Source: Terriglobales bacterium
GTDB taxonomy: Bacteria; Acidobacteriota; Terriglobia; Terriglobales; Acidobacteriaceae
Assembly: GCA_963762965.1 (NCBI GenBank)
Contig: CAVXME010000001.1
Coordinates: 1,314,328-1,378,327, forward strand
Reading direction: 5' to 3'
Length of the DNA stretch: 64,000 nucleotides
The notes beneath the pieces are model-generated. The model made no database searches and was not told the origin of the DNA. It saw nothing but the letters and a program-made list of their open reading frames with translations. How positions within the stretch are numbered: the first letter of the stretch is position 1; the number at the start of each line of letters is the position of its first letter. A program made the position numbers and the translations under genes. Below, in pieces: positions 40,819 through 50,950 of the stretch.

Positions 40819-40991
40819 CGGAAACGCACGAACCGACCGGGTGGGAAAGCCACTCCGGAGTATGCGTGACCTTAGCATGGCCTCGGCTCGAGAGGCAAAG
40901 AGTCGATGGGTTGGCGAGATTTTAATTCCTGCCAGTTCTGCGGTGATGTCTGCCGCTGTACCTTGGAAATTCGTCCGGCCATTGTTTCACT

Positions 40992-42224
40992 ATGAAACCG
41001 AGAATGAAATCGAGATTTGAACCGGACGGCGATGAGAGCGCAAGCCCATCCGCACGCCTGATCGATCCTGAAGCGTTTGATGCCAGTGAGCAGCAGTTTG
41101 CCGCCAGCCTGGAGCCGCTTTCCGTGCCAACGAAAGCAAGCTTCGTTCTCGACGCCGGGGAAAACTGCGAAGACCGGTCGTCAGGTTCCCCTGGCTTGAC
41201 GATTACAGAATCGACAGTCGAATCGGGCCAGGACTTAAGCCACAATCGAGCGGGATCCGCCATTCCCGGTGAGGTCCGCGCGCCCGGATCTGCGGAAGCT
41301 CCAACTGCGGCCGCGGCCCAGACTGACCTCCAATCGCAAGATTCTGATTCATGGCGGAACGAAGTCGCGGCGCGAGTGAATAAGTACCGGGCACGCCGCC
41401 GTCCACGAGAACCCCGGTATCCCTCACTGCAATTGAAATTTGAGCCCTACGAGCCAACCCCGGACTATCGTTTTATGGGGGCGGAACCTGCGGCCTCGCA
41501 AAGCTCGGCGCGGCAGCCGATTTCTCTCGATTCTGCCCTTCCTGCTATAGAAATGACGTCGCCGGAACCGGTGCCGTATGTGGCGTCGCCTGTGGTTGCT
41601 CCCGAAAACACTGCGAGAATTCTGGAATTTCCGCGTTCGTCCTTCGCGAGTATGCCACCCAGGGCTTTGGATGAGCTGGCCGATCCGGTATTTGATCGTC
41701 CCCGAATTCTGGAGGCCCCGGAGATCGCGCCTCCCCCTCCCGCACTCGGCGGAATTCTGATCGAGCCGCTGGAGGAGCCGGCGGCGGAAAGACGCCCAGG
41801 CTTTGAAGTCCCGCTGCAATCCGCCCCTATGTCACGGCGTTTGGCAGCCGTTGGCATTGATGCTCTCATCGTGTTGTTGGCGTTGAGCGGGTTTTCCTAT
41901 ATTTTCTTACGCATCACCACCACCATCCCGCCCTGGCAGCGCACAGCGGGCACCATCGTGACGTTAGCCGGAATATTCTGGGTCGCATATCAATACCTGC
42001 TGTTGGTCTATACGGGAACCACCCCCGGTTTAAGGTTGGCCAAGCTCCGGCTAGATCGGTTTGATGGCAGTCCAGTTCCCCGCAAAGTCAGGCGCTGGCG
42101 GGTTTTAACCTCAATGCTTTCCGGACTATCGCTCGGTCTGGGTTATGCCTGGTGCTTCCTCGACGAGGACGAACTATGCTGGCATGATCGCATCACCCGC
42201 ACGTATATGGCTCCCATAAAATGA
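40992..42224 (+). CDS. RDD-family membrane protein with ~260-aa low-complexity N-terminal region
   Basis: The C-terminal 140 aa match the RDD pattern (RRLAAVGIDALIV....CWHDRITRTYM) with 3 TM segments. The N-terminus is Pro/Ala/Ser/Glu-rich. Confidence 0.7.
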   Translation: MKPRMKSRFEPDGDESASPSARLIDPEAFDASEQQFAASLEPLSVPTKASFVLDAGENCEDRSSGSPGLTITESTVESGQDLSHNRAGSAIPGEVRAPGSAEAPTAAAAQTDLQSQDSDSWRNEVAARVNKYRARRRPREPRYPSLQLKFEPYEPTPDYRFMGAEPAASQSSARQPISLDSALPAIEMTSPEPVPYVASPVVAPENTARILEFPRSSFASMPPRALDELADPVFDRPRILEAPEIAPPPPALGGILIEPLEEPAAERRPGFEVPLQSAPMSRRLAAVGIDALIVLLALSGFSYIFLRITTTIPPWQRTAGTIVTLAGIFWVAYQYLLLVYTGTTPGLRLAKLRLDRFDGSPVPRKVRRWRVLTSMLSGLSLGLGYAWCFLDEDELCWHDRITRTYMAPIK

Positions 42225-42298
42225 TTTAATCTGTCCCCAAAGCGGAATTCATCCCTGCTGTGTTAAATTTTAAGATTGTCCACCGACGTTAGTCGCGC

Positions 42299-44545
42299 AT
42301 GTCATCACCCATCGACAATTTAAATCGGCCCGCAGTAAAGGTCTTCGTCGCCACCACGGTGATGCTGACGTTCATCTCGTTCTGGCGGGCGTCCGCCATT
42401 GTTCTTGCTGATTTGGCGTCTTCCGCCTATTACGCCGGCGGGGACGCGGAAAAGGTCATCGGCAAGAGCGCGCCCTGGTTCATTCTGGCGGTCATGCTGT
42501 TCAGCTATGCGGTTCGGGCCCTGTATATTGAATCCAGCAGCATGTTCGTGCGCGGCGGCGTGTACCGAGTGGTCAAAGAGGCCATGGGGGGGACGCTGGC
42601 CAAGATTTCGGTCTCAGCGCTGCTTTTTGACTACGTGCTGACCGGGCCCATCAGCGCCGTTTCCGCCGGGCAATATCTGGCGGGATTCTTCGAAGATATT
42701 GCACGATACACCGGCCATCCTTTTCACAGTTTTCCCGAGAATAGTTTTGCCGCGGGCTTTGCCGTTCTGATCGTCATTTATTTCTGGTGGAAGAATACGC
42801 AGGGCATTCACGAATCCAGCGGCAAAGCCCTGCAGATCATGATTATCACCACCGTGATGGTGGTAATTCTGATCATCTGGTGTGCCATCACCATCCTCCG
42901 TGCACCCATCGTAATGCCGCCCAATCCCTTGCACCCCGGCGTGGTACCGCTGAACAAGGAATCGCTGGGCTGGCTCCACAGTAATCAATGGCTCAGTCAT
43001 CTCACTTTGATTATCGTATTCGTCGGCTTTGGACACTCCGTACTTGCCATGAGCGGCGAAGAGACGCTAGCCCAGGTCAACCGCGAAATCGAGCATCCCA
43101 AGCTGAAGAATCTGGAAAAAACCGGGCTGGTAATTTTCGTCTACAGTCTGCTTTTCACCTCGCTAGTCTCGTTCTTCGCGGTCATGATTATTCCGGACAA
43201 AGTCAGACCGGAATACTTCGGCAACCTAATCGGTGGCATCGCCATGTTCCTCGCTGGCCCCACCTGGGCCCGGCTGGCATTCCGTGGCTTTGTGGTGTTG
43301 GTGGGCGTGCTCATTTTGGCGGGCGCGCAAAACACATCGATCGTAGGCGCCAACGGCGTGCTGAACCGCATGGCCGAGGATGGCGTGCTGACCTCTGCCT
43401 TTCAGAAGCCGCATCCCCGCTTTGGCACCAGTTACCGCGTCGTCAACCTGATCGTTGTCCTGCAACTGCTTACCATTCTTCTCACTCGCGGTAACGTCTT
43501 CGTACTGGCGGGACTCTACGCCTTCGGCGTGATCTGGAGTTTTGCCTTCATGTCGCTGGCGGTGGTCGTGCTGCGCTACAAGGATCCCGGGAACCGGGAG
43601 TGGCGGGTCCCCGGCAATCCAAAGATTTTCGGGAAAGAAGTCCCGCTAGGCCTGATGGTAGTGTCGGTAGTCCTGTTCACCACCGCGTTGGTGAATCTCT
43701 TCACGAAATCGGAAGCGACCATCGCAGGCATTACATTCAGCGCTATTTTCTTCGGGATTTTTACCTACTCGGAACATCGCGTAGCCAAGGCCCGCGCTGG
43801 CAAGCCGGAAGGCTTGGCCCAGTTCCGAGTTTATGGGAACGAAGACATGGGCAGCAACGAATTGGGAGTGCGCCCTGGAAACATTCTGGTCGCGGTGCGC
43901 GACCCCAAGAACCTGTACTATCTGCGCGAAGTCCTGCGCCGCACCGACACCGGCAAACAGGACGTGGTCGTTATGACTGCGCGGCTCTACCATCGCGAGC
44001 ATTCTTTCAGTGGCCGCACTGTCTACGACGCCAACGAAATCTTCGACCATTACGAGCAGGAGCTCTTCACGGCGGCGGTGTCTCTTGCGGAAAAAGAAGG
44101 CAGACCAGTTTCCCTGCTGGTAGTTCCTGCCGCCGATGTTTTTGAAGCCATCATCATGACCGCGCAGCGTATGGACTCCAGCCGCATTGTCTGCGGCTTG
44201 TCCAACAAACTCACTCCTGACGAACAGGCCAAGCTCACTGGCGACGCCTGGGAGCGCCTGCCCGAGCCTCGTCCCCGGCTAACCATCGAAGTCCATCTAC
44301 CGGATGGCGGCGTTCGCGAATATCCACTGGGCCCGCACACTCCACGACTGCGTCCTCAGGACGTGGAACTCATGCACAAGCTATGGCTTGACGTCACAGC
44401 CGATCCCAAGTACGCAGGTGCGCATCATTACCACGTGGTCGCTCTGGCGCTCCAGGAATTGCGGCGGGAATTGACCAGCGATCAGCGAGCCGAAGCCCTG
44501 GCCAAGTTGCTAGATGAAATGCACTCTGACGATCATCCCAGCTAA
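42299..44545 (+). CDS. APC-superfamily permease with C-terminal cytoplasmic USP-like domain
   Basis: It has ~12 TM segments, then a ~250-aa soluble C-terminus (ILVAVRDPKNLYYLREV...VVPAADVFEAIIMTAQRMDSSRIVCG) resembling a universal stress protein fold. Confidence 0.7.
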   Translation: MSSPIDNLNRPAVKVFVATTVMLTFISFWRASAIVLADLASSAYYAGGDAEKVIGKSAPWFILAVMLFSYAVRALYIESSSMFVRGGVYRVVKEAMGGTLAKISVSALLFDYVLTGPISAVSAGQYLAGFFEDIARYTGHPFHSFPENSFAAGFAVLIVIYFWWKNTQGIHESSGKALQIMIITTVMVVILIIWCAITILRAPIVMPPNPLHPGVVPLNKESLGWLHSNQWLSHLTLIIVFVGFGHSVLAMSGEETLAQVNREIEHPKLKNLEKTGLVIFVYSLLFTSLVSFFAVMIIPDKVRPEYFGNLIGGIAMFLAGPTWARLAFRGFVVLVGVLILAGAQNTSIVGANGVLNRMAEDGVLTSAFQKPHPRFGTSYRVVNLIVVLQLLTILLTRGNVFVLAGLYAFGVIWSFAFMSLAVVVLRYKDPGNREWRVPGNPKIFGKEVPLGLMVVSVVLFTTALVNLFTKSEATIAGITFSAIFFGIFTYSEHRVAKARAGKPEGLAQFRVYGNEDMGSNELGVRPGNILVAVRDPKNLYYLREVLRRTDTGKQDVVVMTARLYHREHSFSGRTVYDANEIFDHYEQELFTAAVSLAEKEGRPVSLLVVPAADVFEAIIMTAQRMDSSRIVCGLSNKLTPDEQAKLTGDAWERLPEPRPRLTIEVHLPDGGVREYPLGPHTPRLRPQDVELMHKLWLDVTADPKYAGAHHYHVVALALQELRRELTSDQRAEALAKLLDEMHSDDHPS

Positions 44546-44682
44546 GAGCCATCCCACCAATATCAATGTCATCCCGAAGACCCGGCGGTTTTCAGCCGGG
44601 CGAGGGATCTTGCGTGCATCAGAACTGATTCATCCATCGACCCAACGTGAATCCCCTCCCACTCTCCTGTTAACATCATCCC

Positions 44683-46248
44683 GTGACCGAAAAATCTCCT
44701 GTACGCGTGCGCTTTGCGCCATCCCCGACCGGACATCTCCACGTGGGCAACGCCCGCACCGCTCTGTTCAACTGGCTCTTCGCCCGGCAAAAAGGCGGCA
44801 CCATGGTTCTCCGTATCGAGGACACTGACGTCGAACGCAGCCAGGCCCGCTACGAAGACCAGCTCATCGCCGACCTGAAGTGGCTGGGCCTCGATTGGGA
44901 CGAAGGCACCGATGTTGGCGGCCCCTACATCCCCTATCGCCAATCCGATCGCCTGGAAATCTATCGCGAACACGCCGAACGCCTGCTCAACGAGCGCAAA
45001 GCATATCTGTGTTTCTGCACCGAAGAAGATCTGCAAAAAGAACGGGAGCGAGTCGGAGCCGAGCACGGCCAGGCGCTGTACTCCGGCAAATGCCGCTCGA
45101 TTGATCCCGAAGAAGCCCAGCGCCGGCGATCGGCTGGTGAGTTAGGCGCCATTCGCTTGCGTATCCCCGAGCACCCCATTCGTTTTCACGACATCGTCCA
45201 CGGAGAAGTCGAGTTCTCGAATGAGGTCGTCAGCGATCCCATCATCGTTCGCTCGAACGGCATGCCCGTCTACAACTACGTGGTCGTGGTCGACGACGCG
45301 CTCATGAAGATCACCCACGTGATCCGCGGCGACGATCATCTTTCGAACACTCCGAAACAAGTTGCTTTGTACGAAGCCCTAGGCTGGCCAGTCCCGGAGT
45401 TTGCCCATCTTTCCACGATCTTGGGCGCCGATCGCGAGCGGCTATCCAAGCGTCACGGCGCAACGTCAATCGCGAATTTCCGCGACATGGGAGTTTTGCC
45501 GGAAGCACTGGTCAACTATTTAGCTTTGCTGGGATGGGCGCCCACCGGAGGAACTCGGGAAATCTTCGCGCCACAGGAATTGGTGAAAGAGTTTTCTTTG
45601 GAGCGGGTCACGCCCTCGCCCGCCGTGTTCGACATAGAGAAGCTGTACTGGCTGAACCGGCACTACATCAAGCAAGCTTCTCCTGAGCGCATCGACAAGC
45701 TGGCATTTCCCTATTACGGCCTTGCCATCGCGACCGAACTTGCCGAGAAGCACGGCGGAATTCCTGCGTCGGATTACCCGTGGCCTCCGCCAGTTGTAAA
45801 TTGGTTTGGGAAAGTCACGCAACTGCTCGCGCCATATGTTGACCGTCTCGACCAGCTCCCGGAAAGAGCCAAGCCGATTCTCAACTACGACGCAGCAGCG
45901 GCCCTCGCAGCGTCCGACAACGCTGAAGTCCTAGCTATGCAAAACACCGATGCCGTAATCGCAAGGTTCACCGTCAAAGTTCTCGAAGACGAATCTGCAC
46001 AAGCCGGCCAACTCACTCCCGAGCGCTTCAACCAGATCGTCAGTGAAGTCAAGGCCGAGACCGGTGCTAAAGGCAAAGAATTGTTTCATCCCATTCGCAT
46101 CATTGTGATGGGATCACACTCCGGCCCAGCCTTCGATAAACTAGTCCCGATCCTCGAAGAAGGCAGCCATCTAAATCTGCCCAAGCACGTGCTGAATGTT
46201 CGGGAACGGGTAGAAGCCTTCGCGAAGGCGAGATGCGAAGTAAAGTAG
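44683..46248 (+). CDS. gltX: Glutamate--tRNA ligase
   Basis: GTG start. [23 protein letters not shown] is the HIGH-type motif and LSKRHG the KMSKS-type motif. Confidence 0.95.
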   Translation: MTEKSPVRVRFAPSPTGHLHVGNARTALFNWLFARQKGGTMVLRIEDTDVERSQARYEDQLIADLKWLGLDWDEGTDVGGPYIPYRQSDRLEIYREHAERLLNERKAYLCFCTEEDLQKERERVGAEHGQALYSGKCRSIDPEEAQRRRSAGELGAIRLRIPEHPIRFHDIVHGEVEFSNEVVSDPIIVRSNGMPVYNYVVVVDDALMKITHVIRGDDHLSNTPKQVALYEALGWPVPEFAHLSTILGADRERLSKRHGATSIANFRDMGVLPEALVNYLALLGWAPTGGTREIFAPQELVKEFSLERVTPSPAVFDIEKLYWLNRHYIKQASPERIDKLAFPYYGLAIATELAEKHGGIPASDYPWPPPVVNWFGKVTQLLAPYVDRLDQLPERAKPILNYDAAAALAASDNAEVLAMQNTDAVIARFTVKVLEDESAQAGQLTPERFNQIVSEVKAETGAKGKELFHPIRIIVMGSHSGPAFDKLVPILEEGSHLNLPKHVLNVRERVEAFAKARCEVK

Positions 46249-46274
46249 GCGATCTGCGACAATCCATCAATTCT

Positions 46275-46371
46275 TGTCATTCCGAGGGGCCGCAGGCCCA
46301 GAGGAATCCGCTTGCCTCTGCCCTGGGAACCGCAGATTCCTCCCTACGCTTCGCTACGGTTCGGAATGACA
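46275..46371. repeat. Palindromic repeat, family R2 (TGTCATTCCGA ... TCGGAATGACA ends)
   Basis: 11-bp terminal inverted repeats flank ~75 nt with internal hairpins (gggccgcaggccc). It lies between the convergent gltX and oxidoreductase genes. Confidence 0.7.
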
Positions 46372-46402
46372 AGGGTTTGAGAGTGGGAGCCCACGAAAAG
46401 TC

Positions 46403-47308
46403 TTACCGCTTCAGAATCCCTTCCAACGCCTTCCGCAAATCCGGCTGCCGAAAACCATATCCACTCGCAACCAGTTTCGCGGGTTCGACTCTTTGGCTGG
46501 CAAGCAGGAGTTCTTTCCCCATATCTCCAAATGCCAAGCGCACCGCGAACGCGGGCACAGGAAAAATGGCCGGACGCGACAACACCGACGCCAACGTCTT
46601 CGCAAATTCCGCATTGGTCACCGGGTTCGGCGACACCACATTCACCGCGCCTGACAGATCGTGACTCAGCATCCAAAGCATCGCGCCCACCACATCCGCG
46701 ATGGCGATCCAGGGCATCCACTGGCGGCCATTGCCAATTTTTCCGCCAAGACCCAACTGAAACGGCGTCAGCATCTCGCGTAACGCACCGCCGTGCGCGC
46801 TCAGCACCGCGCCGAGACGCATGTGCGCCGTCCTGATTCCAGCCGCCTCGGCCGACTGCGAGGCCGCTTCCCACTGGCGGCAAAGCTCGGACGCAAATTG
46901 CTCCCCCGACGCGCTGTCTTCTCGCAAAATCTCGTCGCCGCGGTCACCGTAATATCCTACCGCCGAGGCACACAGAAAACTTCGCGGCCGCAGCGGCGCT
47001 TTCGTCAAAGCCTCGGACAGAGTCCGCGTAGCCCCTACCCGGCTTTCCACAATCCGCTTTTTCTTGGCTTCCGTCCACCGCCCCACAATCGATTCCCCGG
47101 AAAGATGAATCACCGCATCGAAGCCCGACACCAATTCCGGAGCAAGAGGCCGTGCAGGATCCCACACAATTTGCCGCTCACCCGAAGCCGCCCCACGAAC
47201 CAGCCGCGTGACTTCATACCCGGAAGCCTCAAGCGATGGCACCAGCACAGTCCCAATCAGCCCAGAAGCCCCACTCATCAAAACCCGCGCTGCCTTCGTC
47301 TCCACCAT
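46403..47308 (-). CDS. TIGR01777-type NAD-dependent epimerase/dehydratase family protein (YfcH-like, DUF1731 C-terminus)
   Basis: The Rossmann motif is VLMSGASGLIGT. The C-terminus is RVEPAKLVASGYGFRQPDLRKALEGIL. Confidence 0.8.
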   Translation of the reverse strand: MVETKAARVLMSGASGLIGTVLVPSLEASGYEVTRLVRGAASGERQIVWDPARPLAPELVSGFDAVIHLSGESIVGRWTEAKKKRIVESRVGATRTLSEALTKAPLRPRSFLCASAVGYYGDRGDEILREDSASGEQFASELCRQWEAASQSAEAAGIRTAHMRLGAVLSAHGGALREMLTPFQLGLGGKIGNGRQWMPWIAIADVVGAMLWMLSHDLSGAVNVVSPNPVTNAEFAKTLASVLSRPAIFPVPAFAVRLAFGDMGKELLLASQRVEPAKLVASGYGFRQPDLRKALEGILKR

Positions 47309-47432
47309 GCGCCCAATCTAGCAGAACCAGCCCCCAACCGCCCGTTCCCAGCCCTCCGCGCTATAATTAATCTCAACAAAAGCAAGGGGATACGGTGTCC
47401 TCCCTCCCATTTCCCGCGGGCTATAATCCAAC

Positions 47433-49637
47433 ATGGGGACTTTGCGCCAACAGATCGCAACCACTACCCTCACGGTCACCAAGTTTCGCGACCTGCTGAA
47501 GAAGATGCGGGACAACCGTCCCGGCGACGATCTGGAGTTGGTCCGCAAAGCCTACGAATTTTCCCAGAAGCACCATGCCGGACAGAGCCGCGCCTCCGGC
47601 GAGCCGTATCTCATTCACCCGCTTGAAGTCGCGCTGGTCCTGGCCGAAATGAAAATGGATCCGGTAGCCATCGCCGCCGGCCTGCTCCACGATTCCGTCG
47701 AAGACACCTCGGTCACCATCGTCGACATTCGCAAAGAATTCGGCGAGCAAGTGGCGCACATCGTCGAAGGCGTCACCAAAATCAGCAAAATCGATTTCGC
47801 TACCCGCGAAGAAGCCCAAGCCGAAAACCTGCGCAAAATGATGCTCGCCATGGTCGACGACATTCGCGTCGTCCTCATCAAACTCGCCGACCGCCTGCAC
47901 AATATGCGGACGCTCGAACACCTGGAGCCAGAGCGCCAGCAAAAAATCGCCAAAGAAACTTTAGATATCTACGGTCCTATCGCCCACCGCCTGGGCATGG
48001 GCAAAATTCGCGGCGAGCTGGAAGACCTGGGATTCCGCTATCTCGATCCCATCGCGCATGATCAGGTTCAGAAAGCCGTTGAAGCGCGCCGCAAGCAAGG
48101 TGAAGAATTTCTCACTCGCGTGGAAACCACGCTGCGCGACAAACTCAAAGAAGCCGGCATTACCGCGAAAGTGGAAAGCCGCATCAAGCGCGTCTTCAGC
48201 ATCCACAAGAAACTACAGCGCCAGCACATCAGCGTGGACCAGGTTTACGATCTCTACGCCATGCGCGTGATCACGCATTCCGTGCAGGATTGCTACGGCG
48301 TTCTCGGCATCGTCCATCAAACCTGGCGCCCCGTCCCCGGACGCATCAAGGATTTCATCGCCATGCCGCGCCCCAACTTCTATCAGTCGCTGCACACTTC
48401 GGTGATCAACGACGAAGGCACATCGTTCGAAATCCAAATTCGCACTGAAGAAATGCACCGGATGGCGGAAGAAGGAATTGCCGCGCATTGGAAATACAAA
48501 GACGGCCCGGTCTCGGCACAGGACGAGCAACGCCTGGCCTGGCTGCGGCAGGTGGTCGAGTGGCAGCGCGACGTTTCCGATCCCAACGAATTTCTCTCCA
48601 CCCTGAAAATCGATCTCTATCCCGAAGAGGTTTACACCTTCACGCCCAAGGGCAAAGTCGTGGTCCTGCCGCGCGATTCCACGCCCATTGATTTCGCCTA
48701 CACCGTCCACACTGAAGTTGGACACAGTTGCGTGGGCGCCAAAGTGAACGGCCGCATGGTCCCGCTGCGCCACAAATTGCACAGCGGCGACATCGTCGAA
48801 ATACTCACCCAGGCCGGACACAAGCCCAGCCGCGACTGGCTGTCGGTGGTGAAGTCCTCGCGCTCACGCAACAAGATCAAGCATTGGCTCAACCTTCACC
48901 AGCGCGAACGTGCCATTGAAATTGGCCGCAAGCTGATTGAGAAAGAGGCGAAAAAATATCGCGTTGCGCTGAAAGAACTCAAAGACGACGAGCTGAAAAA
49001 GATTGCCTCCGACTACGGGCTCGGCCAGACCGACGACCTCATGGCCGGAATCGGCTACGGAAAATTTTCCGCGCGCCAGGTGCTCGCGAAACTCGCTCCC
49101 AGCGCCGCCGAGCCGCTGCCCGATGCGGACGCCGCAAAATCAGGCAGCTTTTCGAGCGTCGTGCGCCGCGTCTTCGGCGACAACACCAACGCTATTCGCG
49201 TCAAGGGCGAGGGCGATCTTCTCGTCTACCGCGCCCGCTGTTGTAATCCCATTCGTGGGGAGTCGGTCGTCGGCTACGTGACACGCGGCAAAGGCGTCGC
49301 CGTCCACTCGGTGAATTGTTCGAACGTCATCAACCTGATGTACGAGCCCGAGCGCCGCATCGACGTCGACTGGGGACGCGACGAGGAAACCCCCAGCGCC
49401 TATCCCGTAAAACTCACCGTCATGTGCGACGACCGCTTCGGCATGCTCAAACAAATCACCGCCGTCATCAGCGACTCCAAAACCAACATCCGCAACATCG
49501 AAGCCCGCACCTCCAACGGCCAGGCCAACGTAGACGTCGTCCTCGACATCGCCGACCTGAAGCACCTGGAAAGCATCATCCAGGGCGTACGAAAAATCCC
49601 CGGCGTGCATGATGTGCAGAGATTACAAAAAATATAG
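47433..49637 (+). CDS. relA: Bifunctional (p)ppGpp synthetase/hydrolase RelA/SpoT family
   Basis: 734 aa. HD hydrolase domain (HPLEVA..HDSVEDT), DRLHNMRTL, synthetase domain (YQSLHTSV), then TGS and ACT C-terminal domains. Confidence 0.95.
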   Translation: MGTLRQQIATTTLTVTKFRDLLKKMRDNRPGDDLELVRKAYEFSQKHHAGQSRASGEPYLIHPLEVALVLAEMKMDPVAIAAGLLHDSVEDTSVTIVDIRKEFGEQVAHIVEGVTKISKIDFATREEAQAENLRKMMLAMVDDIRVVLIKLADRLHNMRTLEHLEPERQQKIAKETLDIYGPIAHRLGMGKIRGELEDLGFRYLDPIAHDQVQKAVEARRKQGEEFLTRVETTLRDKLKEAGITAKVESRIKRVFSIHKKLQRQHISVDQVYDLYAMRVITHSVQDCYGVLGIVHQTWRPVPGRIKDFIAMPRPNFYQSLHTSVINDEGTSFEIQIRTEEMHRMAEEGIAAHWKYKDGPVSAQDEQRLAWLRQVVEWQRDVSDPNEFLSTLKIDLYPEEVYTFTPKGKVVVLPRDSTPIDFAYTVHTEVGHSCVGAKVNGRMVPLRHKLHSGDIVEILTQAGHKPSRDWLSVVKSSRSRNKIKHWLNLHQRERAIEIGRKLIEKEAKKYRVALKELKDDELKKIASDYGLGQTDDLMAGIGYGKFSARQVLAKLAPSAAEPLPDADAAKSGSFSSVVRRVFGDNTNAIRVKGEGDLLVYRARCCNPIRGESVVGYVTRGKGVAVHSVNCSNVINLMYEPERRIDVDWGRDEETPSAYPVKLTVMCDDRFGMLKQITAVISDSKTNIRNIEARTSNGQANVDVVLDIADLKHLESIIQGVRKIPGVHDVQRLQKI

Positions 49638-49745
49638 TGGCCCATTCAAGCCCGATTTTGGCTTGAGTGGGGCAATTTCGGATCAGCCTCCAACATTCCC
49701 ATTCTAAATTTCGCAAAGAACGCGAAATTTAGAATGGGCCACCCG
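49638..49745 (+). repeat. Composite palindromic repeat A+B (island boundary, copy 1)
   Basis: Hairpin A is cccattcaagcc-cgatttt-ggcttgagtggg (49641-49671). Hairpin B has perfect 17-bp arms cccattctaaatttcgc / gcgaaatttagaatggg with loop aaagaac (49698-49738). The element starts at the first base after the relA stop codon. Confidence 0.9.
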
Positions 49746-49817
49746 TCCGTCTATCTGTATGAGCGAAAGTAACCTAGACGCGAAACCCCATACAATCTAC
49801 TGTTAGCACCAGGAACT

Positions 49818-50096
49818 ATGCTATCCATCTTCGTTGATGTTGTCGCTCGTGGCGCGGTTTTAGTGGGAGTAGTCTTCGTCCTCAGCAAAAGCGTGCCGAG
49901 CATGCCAAACAAGGTGTGCCGCTTTGTTTTTTTGTTCTTTCTGGGCGTGCTACTGAATTTCGTTATTAATTACGTTGATGTTTGGACGCTTGGGTACCAC
50001 AAAATGGGCTTGACTGGGGCATTCATTATCGCTTTGCTCTTTGCCACCTACGGAACTTTTTGGCCACCGCAAACGCACAACTCAAATACGCCATGA
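49818..50096 (+). CDS. Small hypothetical membrane protein (92 aa, ~3 TM)
   Basis: Three hydrophobic stretches. About 48% G+C by my hand count, clearly lower than the flanking core genes. No family was recognised. Confidence 0.45.
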   Translation: MLSIFVDVVARGAVLVGVVFVLSKSVPSMPNKVCRFVFLFFLGVLLNFVINYVDVWTLGYHKMGLTGAFIIALLFATYGTFWPPQTHNSNTP

Positions 50097-50120
50097 CATG
50101 CCTTTATGCGACGGCGGCCG

Positions 50121-50194
50121 GGTGGCCCATTCAAGCCCGATTTTGGCTTGAGTGGGACGGCTCTATCACTGGACAAAGTCTTCCCGCCGCTCGT
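50121..50194 (+). repeat. Repeat A with 3' extension (A+C), copy 2
   Basis: 74 nt, 66/74 identical (ungapped) to 50772-50845. It contains hairpin A plus ctggacaaagtcttcccgccgctcgt. Confidence 0.9.
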
Positions 50195-50254
50195 TCGCGT
50201 TTTCGTGCCGTCCATTCCGACTCGATCTCCACCCGTCCAATGAGCGTTCCTTTC

Positions 50255-50710
50255 CTAGTTCCTGAACGTGGTTGTAAATTGGTTGCGCGTGTAATCATAT
50301 TCAGCGGAACAGCGATACGTTTTGCCCGAAATACTTTTGTAGGAACATTCGATTGTTCTTTTGTTTGTCCCTTCCACGACCGCAGCGGGTTCTAGTTTTT
50401 GAAGATCAATGCTATCTAGGAAATAGGGCTCCTTACTATCTTTCCGTGGTTCGATGCACGATATTTCACCCTTTTTCTTAGCTTGTGGCATTTCCCATTT
50501 CACCTCCAACGCTGGCCCATTTCCCACGTTCCGAAGTTCTGGTGGTTTAGTTATCACACCTTCGTGGATGGCGATTATGGCAGGTTTGAAAGTTGCTTCT
50601 GCGATTACATTGGTGTACCGCACATACTTGATAAGGAACACCAAACCGACGGCGGCCACAGTCAAGGAGCCTAGCTGTATCCATTCAGATGGGGTTAAGC
50701 AAATGTTCAT
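50255..50710 (-). CDS. Hypothetical N-terminally TM-anchored protein (151 aa)
   Basis: ATG at 50710 gives MNICLTPSEWIQLGSLTVAAVGLVFLIKYV (TM), then a beta-rich soluble domain (..LRNVGNGPALEVKW..). The longer ORF to 50905 reads through repeat A and was rejected. No family was recognised. Confidence 0.45.
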   Translation of the reverse strand: MNICLTPSEWIQLGSLTVAAVGLVFLIKYVRYTNVIAEATFKPAIIAIHEGVITKPPELRNVGNGPALEVKWEMPQAKKKGEISCIEPRKDSKEPYFLDSIDLQKLEPAAVVEGTNKRTIECSYKSISGKTYRCSAEYDYTRNQFTTTFRN

Positions 50711-50771
50711 ATTGCTAAGGATGCGGCAGGAAGTAGAATCTGGCAATGGGGAACGCACCACACGGCTTGCG

Positions 50772-50845
50772 GCTGGTCCATTCAAGCCCGATTTTGGCTT
50801 GAGTGGGACAGTTCCACTGCTGGACAAAGTCTTCCCGCCGCTCGT
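50772..50845 (+). repeat. Repeat A with 3' extension (A+C), copy 3
   Basis: Direct repeat of 50121-50194. The two copies bracket the 50255..50710 gene. Confidence 0.9.
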
Positions 50846-50907
50846 CAGCACTCCTGCGGGCTTCCGTATCCTGAAAGCGGAAGGCATCCAGCCGCGATGG
50901 CTCAATC

Positions 50908-50942
50908 AACAAATGCAAAGGCCCCGAGCGATGCCCGGGGCC
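50908..50942 (-). terminator. Candidate rho-independent terminator on the minus strand
   Basis: A 7-bp GC stem ggccccg/cggggcc (50920-50926 / 50936-50942) with a 9-nt loop. On the minus strand it is followed by TTTGCATTTGTTG. Confidence 0.45.
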
Positions 50943-50950
50943 CTGCAATC

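Noticed and set aside
46793-47626. 277-aa plus-strand ORF antisense to the YfcH-like oxidoreductase
   Set aside because: The product is Arg/Pro/Ser-rich with no domain pattern. It is the shadow of a well-supported minus-strand gene.
50711-50905. Upstream extension of the 50255..50710 ORF to 216 aa
   Set aside because: The extension is a translation of repeat A+C (..GTVPLKPKSGLNGP..). The ATG at 50710 begins directly with a TM helix.
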